A stretch of DNA of 64,000 nucleotides from Pseudomonadota bacterium (lineage in GTDB: Bacteria; Pseudomonadota; Alphaproteobacteria; Rickettsiales; UBA1997): NCBI GenBank assembly GCA_018970485.1, contig JAGWWH010000003.1, positions 20,497 through 84,496 on the forward strand, written 5' to 3'. Below are positions 18,681-28,582 of this stretch, piece after piece (within the stretch, counting starts at the first letter, position 1; each line of letters starts with the position of its first letter). Under the pieces are notes generated by a model. The model was not told the DNA's origin. It saw only the letters and a list, made by a program, of their open reading frames with translations, and searched no databases. A program made the position numbers and the translations under genes.

Positions 18681-19502
18681 TTATCCTCGTGAAATTTCAT
18701 AGAGCGCAATTGCTGCAGCAACAGAGGCATTGAGGCTTTCTACTGCTTTATCAATTTCTATACGAACTAAAAAATCGCAGTTTTTCTTCACCAAATCACG
18801 CATGCCACTTCCTTCGGAACCAACGATTAGTGCGATGTTTTTGCAATCTTTGATTTCACTAAACTTTGCCTTGCCCTCACCTGCTAATCCTACGCACCAA
18901 TAGTCGATTTTTTTCAACTTCTCAATCAGATTATTAAGATTGGTTACTACAACGAGATCAACCAAATCAATGGTTCCAGCCGACGCTTTAACAATCGTAG
19001 AATTTTCTTGCGGCGCGTTGTGTTCACAAAAAATAATTTTTTTTACACCAAAACTTGCAGCACTGCGAATGATGGCGCCCACATTGTGAGGATCGGAGAT
19101 TTGATCAAGGATAAGAAGTGTCGGGAGTTTATCCCCTTCTTTAAGGGCATAAAGTTGTGTCAAAAGGTCGTTTTGGGTTTTAATTGGAAGTCTTGATGTC
19201 TTTAGCATCAAACCTTGATGAGTTTGATGTTTACCAACCAAATTCTCGATCGCCGGATTATCTACAACTTTGATTAAACTAACAAACTTCTGTAGAGAAT
19301 TTTTTTCGAGAAAATTTTTCAGCTCAGTCAGAGAATTTTGTGTTACCAAAATTTGATAAACTTTGCGTCGTCCAAGTTGAAGAGATGTAAATACTGGATG
19401 CTTACCACAAATCCAAACCTGATTATCTTCTATGTTTTTTGTCAGATTTACTTTCTTCTTTCTCTGATTTTTGTTCAATTTGCTCCTCTGAATTTTGTTC
19501 AA
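18681..19502 (-). CDS. TrmH/SpoU family RNA 2'-O-methyltransferase (RlmB-like)
   Basis: SpoU motifs DQISDPHNVGAIIRSA, LIVGSEGSGM and LNASVAAAIALYE. Its 5' end overlaps the upstream PPIase tail. Confidence 0.8.
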   Translation of the reverse strand: MNKIQRSKLNKNQRKKKVNLTKNIEDNQVWICGKHPVFTSLQLGRRKVYQILVTQNSLTELKNFLEKNSLQKFVSLIKVVDNPAIENLVGKHQTHQGLMLKTSRLPIKTQNDLLTQLYALKEGDKLPTLLILDQISDPHNVGAIIRSAASFGVKKIIFCEHNAPQENSTIVKASAGTIDLVDLVVVTNLNNLIEKLKKIDYWCVGLAGEGKAKFSEIKDCKNIALIVGSEGSGMRDLVKKNCDFLVRIEIDKAVESLNASVAAAIALYEISRG

Positions 19503-20490
19503 GTTTGACTTCTTCTTCTGGTATTTTTTCTAGCGCAACCTCTGGAGTTATTGTTGCGCTTTCTGGCGACAAAGCGGGTTCTGAACCAATTTCAACCTTC
19601 GACTTCTCCTCCTCTTTGAGTTTAATCAAAATTTCAACCTTCGCATCCTTAACGATTTTTTCTTCGATTTCGCTAGTTTTATCTTGCTCAAGCTGCTCAC
19701 GAATATTTTTCTTCACTGAATCGAAGGGTAATGCCTGCGCTTCTCTAACATCGACAAACTTTACTAAATGCCAGCCAAATTTGGTTTGGATTGGAGCAGA
19801 AATTTCATCTTTCTTAAGATTAACGACCACATCAGAAATTTCTTTGATCATGCCATCTTCGATAATAAATCCAAGCTCCCCGCCACGTTCAGCAGATTCC
19901 TGATCGAGAGAATATTTTTTTGCAGCATCAGAAAATTTAATCGATTTTTTCTTGGCAGTGATTTGGTTGCGGATTTTTTCTGCCTCTTCTTTGCTCTTAG
20001 CTATGATGTTAAAAACCAAATATTCCTTTTTGCCCGCAAGGTTCGAACTTATTTCTGCGTATTTTTCGCTGATCTTTTGTTCAGTAACTTCTGAAGCTAC
20101 CATCATTTTGATGTAAGATTGACGCAAAATTCTATTTTCTGATTCAGCAATTCGACCTTTAACATCTTTATCTTCGATTACTTTTGAGTGCTTCGCCAAT
20201 TTGCTCAATTCCTTGTCGAGGTAGGTCTCTTTGATTAAAACATCTAGGATTTCTTTCGATAGGTTTGCGATTTCTGGAACTTTCACTTCTCCATCTTGGC
20301 CATCAAAAATACTGATTAGTTTTTGTTCTATCTCGGATTGAAAAATTTCTTGGCCATTAACCCTAGCGATAACATCGCCTTTATCTTTTTTATTAAAAAA
20401 CGAGTAAGAAGCAGCGAAAATTAAGGCTGCGATCAATGTGACTGCGCTAAAAATTCTAATCGAGTTTTTCTTTCTTGAGTAACGTCTCAT
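19423..20490 (-). CDS. membrane-anchored parvulin-type peptidyl-prolyl isomerase (SurA/PpiD-like) with acidic tail
   Basis: N-terminal TM helix and PpiC domain (GGELGFI...FGWHLVKF). Confidence 0.8.
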   Translation of the reverse strand: MRRYSRKKNSIRIFSAVTLIAALIFAASYSFFNKKDKGDVIARVNGQEIFQSEIEQKLISIFDGQDGEVKVPEIANLSKEILDVLIKETYLDKELSKLAKHSKVIEDKDVKGRIAESENRILRQSYIKMMVASEVTEQKISEKYAEISSNLAGKKEYLVFNIIAKSKEEAEKIRNQITAKKKSIKFSDAAKKYSLDQESAERGGELGFIIEDGMIKEISDVVVNLKKDEISAPIQTKFGWHLVKFVDVREAQALPFDSVKKNIREQLEQDKTSEIEEKIVKDAKVEILIKLKEEEKSKVEIGSEPALSPESATITPEVALEKIPEEEVKLEQNSEEQIEQKSEKEESKSDKKHRR

Positions 20491-21302
20491 ATTTTTTTAA
20501 TTACGAATTGAGGAAAAATTTTAAGGGAATTGCAAACTGCTGCGAGCTCTTCGTTATTTGGATCTTTAAGAATTCCGTTAGTAACCAAAACATTGTCGAT
20601 TCCGAAATCGACAGCTCCTTTGATGTCGGTTTTAAGACCATCACCAATTGCAAGAAATTTAGTTTTCTCAGACACACCAAAAATCTGCAACACCATTTTG
20701 TAAACTTCTGGAAAAGGCTTGCCGTAGTAAGAGACCGTACCACCGAGTTTTTCATATTCATGGGCCAGAACCCCAGCACAGATCTGTTCTTTGCCGTCTT
20801 GTTTAACCACAATTAAATCAGGATTTACGCAGATAAGTGGTAAATTATTTTTTCTCGCCATGAGTAATTGTGGCATTTTTTCTTCAACTTTCGAATCTTC
20901 ATGATCAAAGCCAGTGGTGATGGCGAAGCTAGCCTCACTTGCATCTGCAACCATCTGATGATTTAGACCACTAAGCAAATCGATATCTTTTTCTGGTCCG
21001 ATGTAAAAATATTTTTTGCCAGAAACTTTTTGCAATTCGAGGAATGTCAACTCGCCAGAACTCAGAATGAAGTCGTAAAGATCAGGCGTAATTCCAAATC
21101 TATTTAGCGCCTCCTCAACTTTAGAAGCGCGACGCGGAGCATTGGACAAAAAGCATATTTTCTTATTCCTCTGACGCAGAAATGAAATCGCTTCGATGGC
21201 TCCCGGATAAACTTTACTGCCATCATGGATCACGCCCCAAATGTCGAAAATGAAATAATCGTAAAGATCAACAAAGTCTCGGATGTCGTTTTTAAACTGC
21301 AT
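20487..21302 (-). CDS. HAD-superfamily class IIA hydrolase
   Basis: Motifs FDIWGVIHDG, LSNAPR and GDGLKTDI. Confidence 0.8.
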   Translation of the reverse strand: MQFKNDIRDFVDLYDYFIFDIWGVIHDGSKVYPGAIEAISFLRQRNKKICFLSNAPRRASKVEEALNRFGITPDLYDFILSSGELTFLELQKVSGKKYFYIGPEKDIDLLSGLNHQMVADASEASFAITTGFDHEDSKVEEKMPQLLMARKNNLPLICVNPDLIVVKQDGKEQICAGVLAHEYEKLGGTVSYYGKPFPEVYKMVLQIFGVSEKTKFLAIGDGLKTDIKGAVDFGIDNVLVTNGILKDPNNEELAAVCNSLKIFPQFVIKKI

Positions 21303-21414
21303 TTTAGAAGTAATTTTTGGTTGTTAGATGTTGTTGGTTATTAGTTGTTGGAAACAAACATTTTTCCCGAGTTAAAAACTCTGAATATCTCCAAAGGTTC
21401 GTCTTAAATATTTT

Positions 21415-22245
21415 TTAATTCCACTTTGCTACTGGCGGCAAAGACATCAGAATCGCCTCAACATTTCCCCCCGTCATCAAACCAAACCTAGTTCCGCGAT
21501 CGTAAAGAAGATTAAACTCAGTATAAAATCCACGCTTCTTCAACTGATGCTCACGTTGCTCTGAAGTCCATTTTTCGAACATGTGCCGACGAACTAATTT
21601 TGGGAAAACTTCAAGAAAAGCGAGTCCAACATTTTTGGTAAATTCAAAATCATTTTCGAAATTTCCACTGTCCAAATAATCGTAAAAAATTCCACCGACA
21701 CCGCGAGCAACATTTCGATGTTTGATAAAAAAATATTCGTCACACCATTTCTTAAACTTGTCGTAATATTCTGGAGAAGCCTTGTCGCAAGCGCCTTTAA
21801 AGGCTTTATGAAAATCTTTTGTATCCTCTTCAAACTCAAACATTGGATTTAAATCACCGCCTCCGCCGAACCAACTTTTCTCGGTACAAATAAATCGAGT
21901 ATTAAGATGTACGGCTGGAACCAATGGTGAAGACATGTGAGCAACTAAAGAAATTCCGCTCGCCCAAAATTTTCCACTTGCAGCAGCGGGAATTTCTTTG
22001 CGAAATTCTTCGCTAAATTCTCCGTAAACTTCCGAAAAATTTACCCCAACTTTTTCGAAGACGTTGCCGTTCATCACAGACATCTCGCCATTTCCGCCGC
22101 CAGGACGATCCCAATTTTTGCGACGAAATTTTCCAGGATTTTGAGCGCCAAACTCTTCCTCAATTTTTTCAAATTCTGCGCAAATTTTGTCGCGCAAATT
22201 TTTAAACCACTCCTTGGTTAGTTGTTGTTTTTCCTTGAGATTCAT
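21415..22245 (-). CDS. hemF: oxygen-dependent coproporphyrinogen III oxidase
   Basis: Motifs FEKVGVNFS, WFGGGGDL and RGVGGIFYD. Confidence 0.93.
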   Translation of the reverse strand: MNLKEKQQLTKEWFKNLRDKICAEFEKIEEEFGAQNPGKFRRKNWDRPGGGNGEMSVMNGNVFEKVGVNFSEVYGEFSEEFRKEIPAAASGKFWASGISLVAHMSSPLVPAVHLNTRFICTEKSWFGGGGDLNPMFEFEEDTKDFHKAFKGACDKASPEYYDKFKKWCDEYFFIKHRNVARGVGGIFYDYLDSGNFENDFEFTKNVGLAFLEVFPKLVRRHMFEKWTSEQREHQLKKRGFYTEFNLLYDRGTRFGLMTGGNVEAILMSLPPVAKWN

Positions 22246-22297
22246 GGCTTTAGACTGATTGTTTTTGCATTAGAAACACAAAAGCTACTTCCCAAAA

Positions 22298-23506
22298 ATG
22301 AACTTTAAATCAGATTTCCTTCGTGAATTTTTTGAGCGCGGATTTTTTGCTCAAGCAACACATCAAGAAGAATTGGACGAATCACTATCGAGCGAAAGAA
22401 TCACCGCTTACATCGGTTTTGACTGCACCGCAAAATCACTTCACGCCGGCAGTTTGATTCAAATCATGATTCTGCGCCTCCTACAAAAACATGGTCACAA
22501 ACCTATTTTGCTACTTGGCGGCGGCACGACAAAAATTGGTGATCCTTCAGGAAAAGACGAGGCGCGTCAAATTTTATCTGATCAAAAAATCTTCGAAAAT
22601 CTCGCCGGAATTAAAAAAACTTTAGAGAAATTTATTCGTTTTGGTGGTGGCGCTTCCGATGCAATAATGGTCAATAACGATGACTGGCTACGTCACTTAA
22701 ATTACATCGATTTTTTGCGAGATATTGGTCGCCATTTTTCAGTAAATCGCATGCTTGGATTCGATTCAGTAAAACTGCGTTTGGAACGTGAACAGCCACT
22801 CTCTTTCCTCGAGTTCAATTACATGATTTTGCAGGCTTACGACTTTTTCGAGTTAAACAAAAAATATGGCTGCGCTCTACAAATTGGAGGTTCAGATCAG
22901 TGGGGAAATATTTTGAATGGCGTTGAATTGATCAGAAGAGTTTCGGCCAAAGAATCTTTCGGATTAACATCTCCGCTGCTCACAACTTCAAGCGGAGCAA
23001 AAATGGGAAAGACTTCTGATGGCGCGGTTTGGCTTGATGAATCGATGCTTTCACCCTTCGATTATTTCCAATATTTCAGAAATACTCACGATGCCGATGT
23101 CAGCAGATTCCTGAAGCTTTTCACTGATTTAGAACTTTCCGAAATCGCTGATTTAGAAAAAGGAAACATCAACGAAGCCAAGAAAATTCTAGCTTTTGAG
23201 GCTACAAAAATCTGTCACGGCGAAAAATCAGCAAATGAAGCCCTGCAAAAAGCTCACGAAATTTTCGTCTCAAAAAACTCTGCCGCCTTTGAAACGAAAG
23301 AGTTTTTGATAGAAAAAAAACTTACAGAAATTTTAAAAGATTTAGAGGTGACTGCTTCCTTGGGCGAAGCCAAAAGATTGATCGAAGGAAAGGCTCTCAA
23401 AGTTAACGGGGAAGCTGTTCTAGATCCTAATTTTCAGTTTAATCAGGCTGGCAAATTTGACCTGTCGATCGGTAAGAAAAAATTCTTCAAAATTTTAATA
23501 AAATAA
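22298..23506 (+). CDS. tyrS: tyrosyl-tRNA synthetase
   Basis: HIGH-like SLHAGS, KMSKS-like KMGKT and a C-terminal S4 domain. Confidence 0.95.
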   Translation: MNFKSDFLREFFERGFFAQATHQEELDESLSSERITAYIGFDCTAKSLHAGSLIQIMILRLLQKHGHKPILLLGGGTTKIGDPSGKDEARQILSDQKIFENLAGIKKTLEKFIRFGGGASDAIMVNNDDWLRHLNYIDFLRDIGRHFSVNRMLGFDSVKLRLEREQPLSFLEFNYMILQAYDFFELNKKYGCALQIGGSDQWGNILNGVELIRRVSAKESFGLTSPLLTTSSGAKMGKTSDGAVWLDESMLSPFDYFQYFRNTHDADVSRFLKLFTDLELSEIADLEKGNINEAKKILAFEATKICHGEKSANEALQKAHEIFVSKNSAAFETKEFLIEKKLTEILKDLEVTASLGEAKRLIEGKALKVNGEAVLDPNFQFNQAGKFDLSIGKKKFFKILIK

Positions 23507-23507
23507 G

Positions 23508-24485
23508 ATGACCAAAAAAATCACCGGCATCGGCAATGCAATCGTCGACATATTGTGCAAAGTTGATGACTCCTTCCTTACCTCGCAATCCTTAGTAAAA
23601 GGCTCGATGTCTTTAATTAATGAAAAAAAAGCGATCGAATTAACTAAGCTCAAAATGGAGAAAATAAGCTCTGGCGGATCAGTAGCAAATACGATGTCGA
23701 TCCTAGCACAGATGAACTGTGACTCCTATTTTATTGGCAAAGTTGGTTCCGACGAATTTGGCCAAAAATTCATCAAAGAATTCGAAGAAATTGGTGGAAA
23801 GTTTGTAGGCGAGAATTCTTACGACCAAGCATCTGCAAAATCTTTTGTCTTAATCACTCCCGATGCGCAGCGCACCATGTGCACTTACCTCGGCTGCGCT
23901 CCACAAATCAACATGAGTGATATCGATGAAAAAAATCTCAAGAACTCTGATTTTCTTTATGTGGAAGGATATTTGTGGGATAATCCCGAGACCATCGAAG
24001 CGCTTCGTAAAGCAATCTCTTCAGCCAAAAAACGCGGCACAAAAGTTATTTTTTCTCTTTCGGATTCTTTCTGCGTCTCAAGACACAAAGAAGATTTTTT
24101 AAATCTTCTTCCCGATCTCGACATCTTATTTGCCAATGAAAGCGAAGCCTTAGAACTGATCTGCGAAAAAGAATATTCTAGTGATAAATTATTCGAATTC
24201 TTCTCGCGAAATTCAGATCTCATCGCGGTCGTAACTAGATCTAGCAAGGGTTCTTCCGTATTTGGTTACGGCAGTGTGCTTGAAATACCAACCGACTTAA
24301 TTCCTAATATTCTCGACGCCACTGGCGCGGGTGATGCCTTTGCAGCTGGCTTCCTTTATGGAATCATCAATGATTTCGACTTAGAGAAATCTGCAAAATA
24401 CGGCAATATTCTTGCTGGAAATATCATCCAAAAAGTTGGTGCTCGATTCAGTAAAGAAGAGATTCAAAAGATTAAATTCTCATGA
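23508..24485 (+). CDS. PfkB family carbohydrate/nucleoside kinase
   Basis: GGSVANT motif and C-terminal DATGAGDAFAAGF. Confidence 0.85.
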   Translation: MTKKITGIGNAIVDILCKVDDSFLTSQSLVKGSMSLINEKKAIELTKLKMEKISSGGSVANTMSILAQMNCDSYFIGKVGSDEFGQKFIKEFEEIGGKFVGENSYDQASAKSFVLITPDAQRTMCTYLGCAPQINMSDIDEKNLKNSDFLYVEGYLWDNPETIEALRKAISSAKKRGTKVIFSLSDSFCVSRHKEDFLNLLPDLDILFANESEALELICEKEYSSDKLFEFFSRNSDLIAVVTRSSKGSSVFGYGSVLEIPTDLIPNILDATGAGDAFAAGFLYGIINDFDLEKSAKYGNILAGNIIQKVGARFSKEEIQKIKFS

Positions 24486-25840
24486 CACTCTGGACAAAAT
24501 CTGAAATAATCGAGGCTTTGTCTGAAGAGCTTATCGAACAAAATATTCCTGATAATTTTGAAGTTGATGAAGTCTTAATCGACAGTCGCAAAACTTCAAA
24601 AAACGGACTTTTTATTGCGCTAAAAGGCGAGAAAAATGATGGGCATGATTTTATCGATCAGGCCATCACTAATGGCTGCAAGACTATTTTAATCGACAAA
24701 CCAAATTCCAACCCACAACAAATAAAAATTCTTGTCAGAGATACTTTTACCTCTCTCTACAAACTTGCCAAATTTGCACGCAAAAGAAGTAAGGCAAAAA
24801 TTATCGGCCTTACCGGTTCTGTAGGTAAAACCGGCACAAAAGATATGCTTGAGTTAGCCTTTAAAACTCAGGGCAAAACTTTCGCCACATTAGGAAATCT
24901 TAACAATCATTTTGGCGTTCCACTTTCTCTCTGTAACTTTCCGCGCGACTGCGATTACGGAATTTTTGAAATGGGGATGAATCATGCCGGAGAAATTGAG
25001 CCACTTTCAAAACTTGTTAAGCCGCACCTCGCGATCATCACTAATGTTGGTCCCGTTCACATCGAATTTTTCAAAAACGAAGAGGGAATCGCCGCAGCAA
25101 AAGCAGAAATTTTTTCTGGATTAATCGAAGAAAAAATTGCTCTGATTAATTTTGATAATCCTCATTTTGAGTTTTTGAAGCAACGCTCTCAAGGCTTGAA
25201 GATGTTTTCTTTTGGCAAAAAAAATGGCGCCAATTATCAAATTTTAAGCAATTCGATCGAAGCAAAATTAGCGAACGGCAAAAATATTTCTTATCAAATC
25301 AACTCCCAACATCCGGCAATAATTTTTAACTCCATCATCGTCGTTGCTTGCCTCGACTTGCTTGGAAGTGATTTTGAAAAGGGAATTTCTGCATTAAAAA
25401 ATTTACAGAACAAAGAAGGTCGCGGGAAAATTATTGAATGGAATGGGATTCCAATAATCGATGAAAGCTACAATGCCAGCTTACCTTCAATGCGCGCTGG
25501 ACTTGAATATGCCTCCAATCAGAAAAAATTTCTCGGCAAAAAAAGGGTTGTTGCCTTGCTTGGCGACATGCTTGAACTCGGAGAAAAATCTGCAGAAATT
25601 CACGAAAAAACCGTTAACCTCTTATCTGAGTTTAACATTGATTTTGCTGTATTGGTCGGAGAAAAAATGTCAGCTGCCGCAAAAAATCTTCCTAAAAATT
25701 CTTATCAAACTTTCTCAAATTCATCGAGCGCAAGTCTTGCGATCAAGGACTTGCTAAGAGACGGAGATATTCTTTACGTCAAAGGCTCTCGTGGAATGAA
25801 AATGGAAAACATAATCAAAGGCCTAACAAGTGTTCACTAG
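24482..25840 (+). CDS. murF: UDP-N-acetylmuramoyl-tripeptide--D-alanyl-D-alanine ligase
   Basis: GLTGSVGKTGTK P-loop and Mur ligase pattern. Located upstream of mraY. Confidence 0.9.
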   Translation: MTLWTKSEIIEALSEELIEQNIPDNFEVDEVLIDSRKTSKNGLFIALKGEKNDGHDFIDQAITNGCKTILIDKPNSNPQQIKILVRDTFTSLYKLAKFARKRSKAKIIGLTGSVGKTGTKDMLELAFKTQGKTFATLGNLNNHFGVPLSLCNFPRDCDYGIFEMGMNHAGEIEPLSKLVKPHLAIITNVGPVHIEFFKNEEGIAAAKAEIFSGLIEEKIALINFDNPHFEFLKQRSQGLKMFSFGKKNGANYQILSNSIEAKLANGKNISYQINSQHPAIIFNSIIVVACLDLLGSDFEKGISALKNLQNKEGRGKIIEWNGIPIIDESYNASLPSMRAGLEYASNQKKFLGKKRVVALLGDMLELGEKSAEIHEKTVNLLSEFNIDFAVLVGEKMSAAAKNLPKNSYQTFSNSSSASLAIKDLLRDGDILYVKGSRGMKMENIIKGLTSVH

Positions 25841-26882
25841 TTTTATCTCTCAACATCTCTGGCTCCAAGCCTTTGTTTGCTTAGCTTCATCTTACATCAT
25901 CGGATTTTTTACCACCAAAAAATACATCGATTTTGTTCACAAAAAAACAACACTCTTTCAACCAATTCGTGATGTTGGACCAGAATCTCACCTCAAGACA
26001 AAACAAAAAACCGCAACGATGGGCGGGATTTTTATCCTTCTTTCCACTCTAATAACCACGCTGCTTTTTATCGATTTTTCTAATCGCTACGTTCTTGTTG
26101 CTTGCGTGATTTTCTTAACTTTTGCCGCAATCGGTCTGGCTGATGATTTAGCGAAAGTTCTTTACAGAAATACCAAAGGCGTGCGTGGTAGTGTTAAGAT
26201 CGTAATTCAATTCGCGATCATTTGTATCGCATTCTTGTGGCTGGGAGCGATCGATGAAATTCATTTCAAAAATCGTATTTTTCTGCCCTTTGGTGACGGC
26301 CATTTTATTTATCTTGGTCTCGTTCTTTACGTGCTTTTCGTTAATGTCGTAATAGTCGGAACTTCCAACGCAGTTAACTTAACTGATGGTCTCGATGGCC
26401 TAGTTTCAGTACCTGCAATCATCAGTCTTGGCTGTTTAATTTTACTAATTTACGCGTCATCAACTCCCGAACTTGCAGTCAGCTTCAAGGTTCCTCACGT
26501 AAAATTTTCCGGAGAATTAATATTTTTTTGCATCGCTTTAATCGGATCCATTCTTGCTTTTTTTACTTTCAATCTCCGACCAGCAAAAATTTTTATGGGT
26601 GATGTGGGAAGTCTAGCGATCGGCTCCGTTCTTGGTTTAATCGCCATTATCGTCAAACAAGAATTCATCTTTTTTGTGATTTCGATTGTCTTCGTCTGCG
26701 AGGCAGTTTCAGTAATTTTACAAGTCAGCTCCTACAAAATTCGTAAAAAAAGAATCTTCTTAATGGCTCCTCTTCACCATCATTTCGAGAAAAAAGGCTG
26801 GAGCGAACAAATCGTCGTAAATCGCTTCTGGCTTGCTTCTTTAGGATTTGCAGCTCTGGGAATGGGAATATTTTTGCTTTAG
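25830..26882 (+). CDS. mraY: phospho-N-acetylmuramoyl-pentapeptide transferase
   Basis: Motifs NAVNLTDGLDGL and MGDVGSLAIG...APLHHHFE. Confidence 0.95.
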   Translation: MFTSFISQHLWLQAFVCLASSYIIGFFTTKKYIDFVHKKTTLFQPIRDVGPESHLKTKQKTATMGGIFILLSTLITTLLFIDFSNRYVLVACVIFLTFAAIGLADDLAKVLYRNTKGVRGSVKIVIQFAIICIAFLWLGAIDEIHFKNRIFLPFGDGHFIYLGLVLYVLFVNVVIVGTSNAVNLTDGLDGLVSVPAIISLGCLILLIYASSTPELAVSFKVPHVKFSGELIFFCIALIGSILAFFTFNLRPAKIFMGDVGSLAIGSVLGLIAIIVKQEFIFFVISIVFVCEAVSVILQVSSYKIRKKRIFLMAPLHHHFEKKGWSEQIVVNRFWLASLGFAALGMGIFLL

Positions 26883-26885
26883 AAA

Positions 26886-28433
26886 ATGACAAAAAAACCT
26901 CGCGTCTATCTTTACGACTCAACCCTACGCGACGGCGCACAGACTAGCACCGTCAATTTCAGCGTGCGCGACAAATTCGAAATTGCGAAGCAACTCGACA
27001 TGCTTGGAATCGATTACATCGAGGGCGGCTGGCCTGGTGCGAATCCAACTGATGATGAATTTTTTGCTAATCTTCCGAAGTTAAAAAAATCACGATTTTC
27101 TGCTTTTGGCATGACGCGTCGCAATAGCTCTTCAGCCTCTAACGACGCAGGTTTGAGCGCCCTTATTAACGCTGATACTAAGTCGATTTGTATCGTCGGA
27201 AAATGCTGGGATTTTCACTTAACTCACGCACTCAATATTTCCGAAGAAGAAAATCGGAAAATGATTTCCGACTCAATCGCGCAAATCGTAAAAAAGAAAA
27301 AAGAAGCGATGTTCGATGCCGAACATTTTTTTGACGGCTACAAAGCAAATCCAAAATTTGCCCTACGCACAATTAAAGCAGCTTATGAAGCCGGAGCCAG
27401 ATGGATCGTGCTTTGCGACACTAATGGCGGAACTTTGCCAAATGAAATTTCTCGCATCGTTAAAGAAATTACCAAACACATTCCTGGCGAAAATTTAGGA
27501 ATTCATTGTCACAACGACACTGGCAACGCAGTCGCCAACTCACTCGCCGCGGTTGAAGCAGGAGCAAGACAAATTCAGGGAACTATCAACGGACTTGGTG
27601 AGCGTTGCGGCAATGCAAATTTAATCAGCCTAATTCCGACTTTAGTTTTGAAGCTCGGATTCGATGTTGGCATCGAAGAAAAAAACTTAAAAAACCTGAC
27701 CAAAGTTTCTCATTTTCTCGACGATCTTTTGAATAAAGAAACTGACAAATTTGCGCCATATGTCGGCTTCTACGCCTTCGCGCACAAAGGCGGATTACAT
27801 GTTTCTGCGGTCGAAAAAAATCCCCAATGTTACGAACATGTCGCGCCCCAAAAAGTTGGCAATCATCGCCAAATAATGATCTCAGATCAAGCGGGTCGCT
27901 CCAACATTGTTTCTCGTTTGAAGGAAATTGGCATCGAAACCAAACATGCGGCAGATTTGGTAACAAAAGTAAAAGAGCTCGAGGCGCAAGGCTACGCCTA
28001 CGATTCCGCTGATGCGAGCTTCGAAATCCTCGCCAAAAAATCTCTCAGCACTGTTCCAAATTTTTTCGATTTGATTTCATTTCGTGTTCTCGATGAACAA
28101 GGAAAATCCTCGGAAGCAACCATCAAAATTCGTGTCGGAAATAAAATTACGATGTCAGTTGCCGAAGGAAATGGGCCAGTCAACGCACTCGACAAAGCCT
28201 TGCGCAAAAGTCTCGCACGCAAATATCCGAGCTTAAAAAATGTACGATTGACTGATTACAAAGTTAGAATTTTGACTCCGTCTGCAGGCACGAAAGCCTT
28301 GACCCGCGTGCAAATTGAATCTTCCGACGAGACCGGAAAAAAATGGTCAACAATCGGAGTTTCTGAAAACATCGTTGAAGCCTCCTTCCGCGCCCTCAAT
28401 GATTCGATTACCTATAAATTGATGAAGGAATAA
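26886..28433 (+). CDS. cimA: citramalate synthase-type (CimA/LeuA family) enzyme
   Basis: LYDSTLRDGAQ and HCHNDTGNAVAN motifs, with a C-terminal LeuA-dimerisation-like domain. The 515-aa length fits the CimA subgroup. Confidence 0.8.
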   Translation: MTKKPRVYLYDSTLRDGAQTSTVNFSVRDKFEIAKQLDMLGIDYIEGGWPGANPTDDEFFANLPKLKKSRFSAFGMTRRNSSSASNDAGLSALINADTKSICIVGKCWDFHLTHALNISEEENRKMISDSIAQIVKKKKEAMFDAEHFFDGYKANPKFALRTIKAAYEAGARWIVLCDTNGGTLPNEISRIVKEITKHIPGENLGIHCHNDTGNAVANSLAAVEAGARQIQGTINGLGERCGNANLISLIPTLVLKLGFDVGIEEKNLKNLTKVSHFLDDLLNKETDKFAPYVGFYAFAHKGGLHVSAVEKNPQCYEHVAPQKVGNHRQIMISDQAGRSNIVSRLKEIGIETKHAADLVTKVKELEAQGYAYDSADASFEILAKKSLSTVPNFFDLISFRVLDEQGKSSEATIKIRVGNKITMSVAEGNGPVNALDKALRKSLARKYPSLKNVRLTDYKVRILTPSAGTKALTRVQIESSDETGKKWSTIGVSENIVEASFRALNDSITYKLMKE

Positions 28434-28582
28434 TTGTAAAAATTTTGTTAACTCAAAATTTTTCTCGCTTTTGATTTCACTTAGATCGGTAAAAAAACGA
28501 TTTGTTGGAAGATATTTTTGGAAATTTCCTTTTTTAGTTTTGCTGCTTTTTTTACAAAACAGAACTCGTTTGGCTTCGAGAT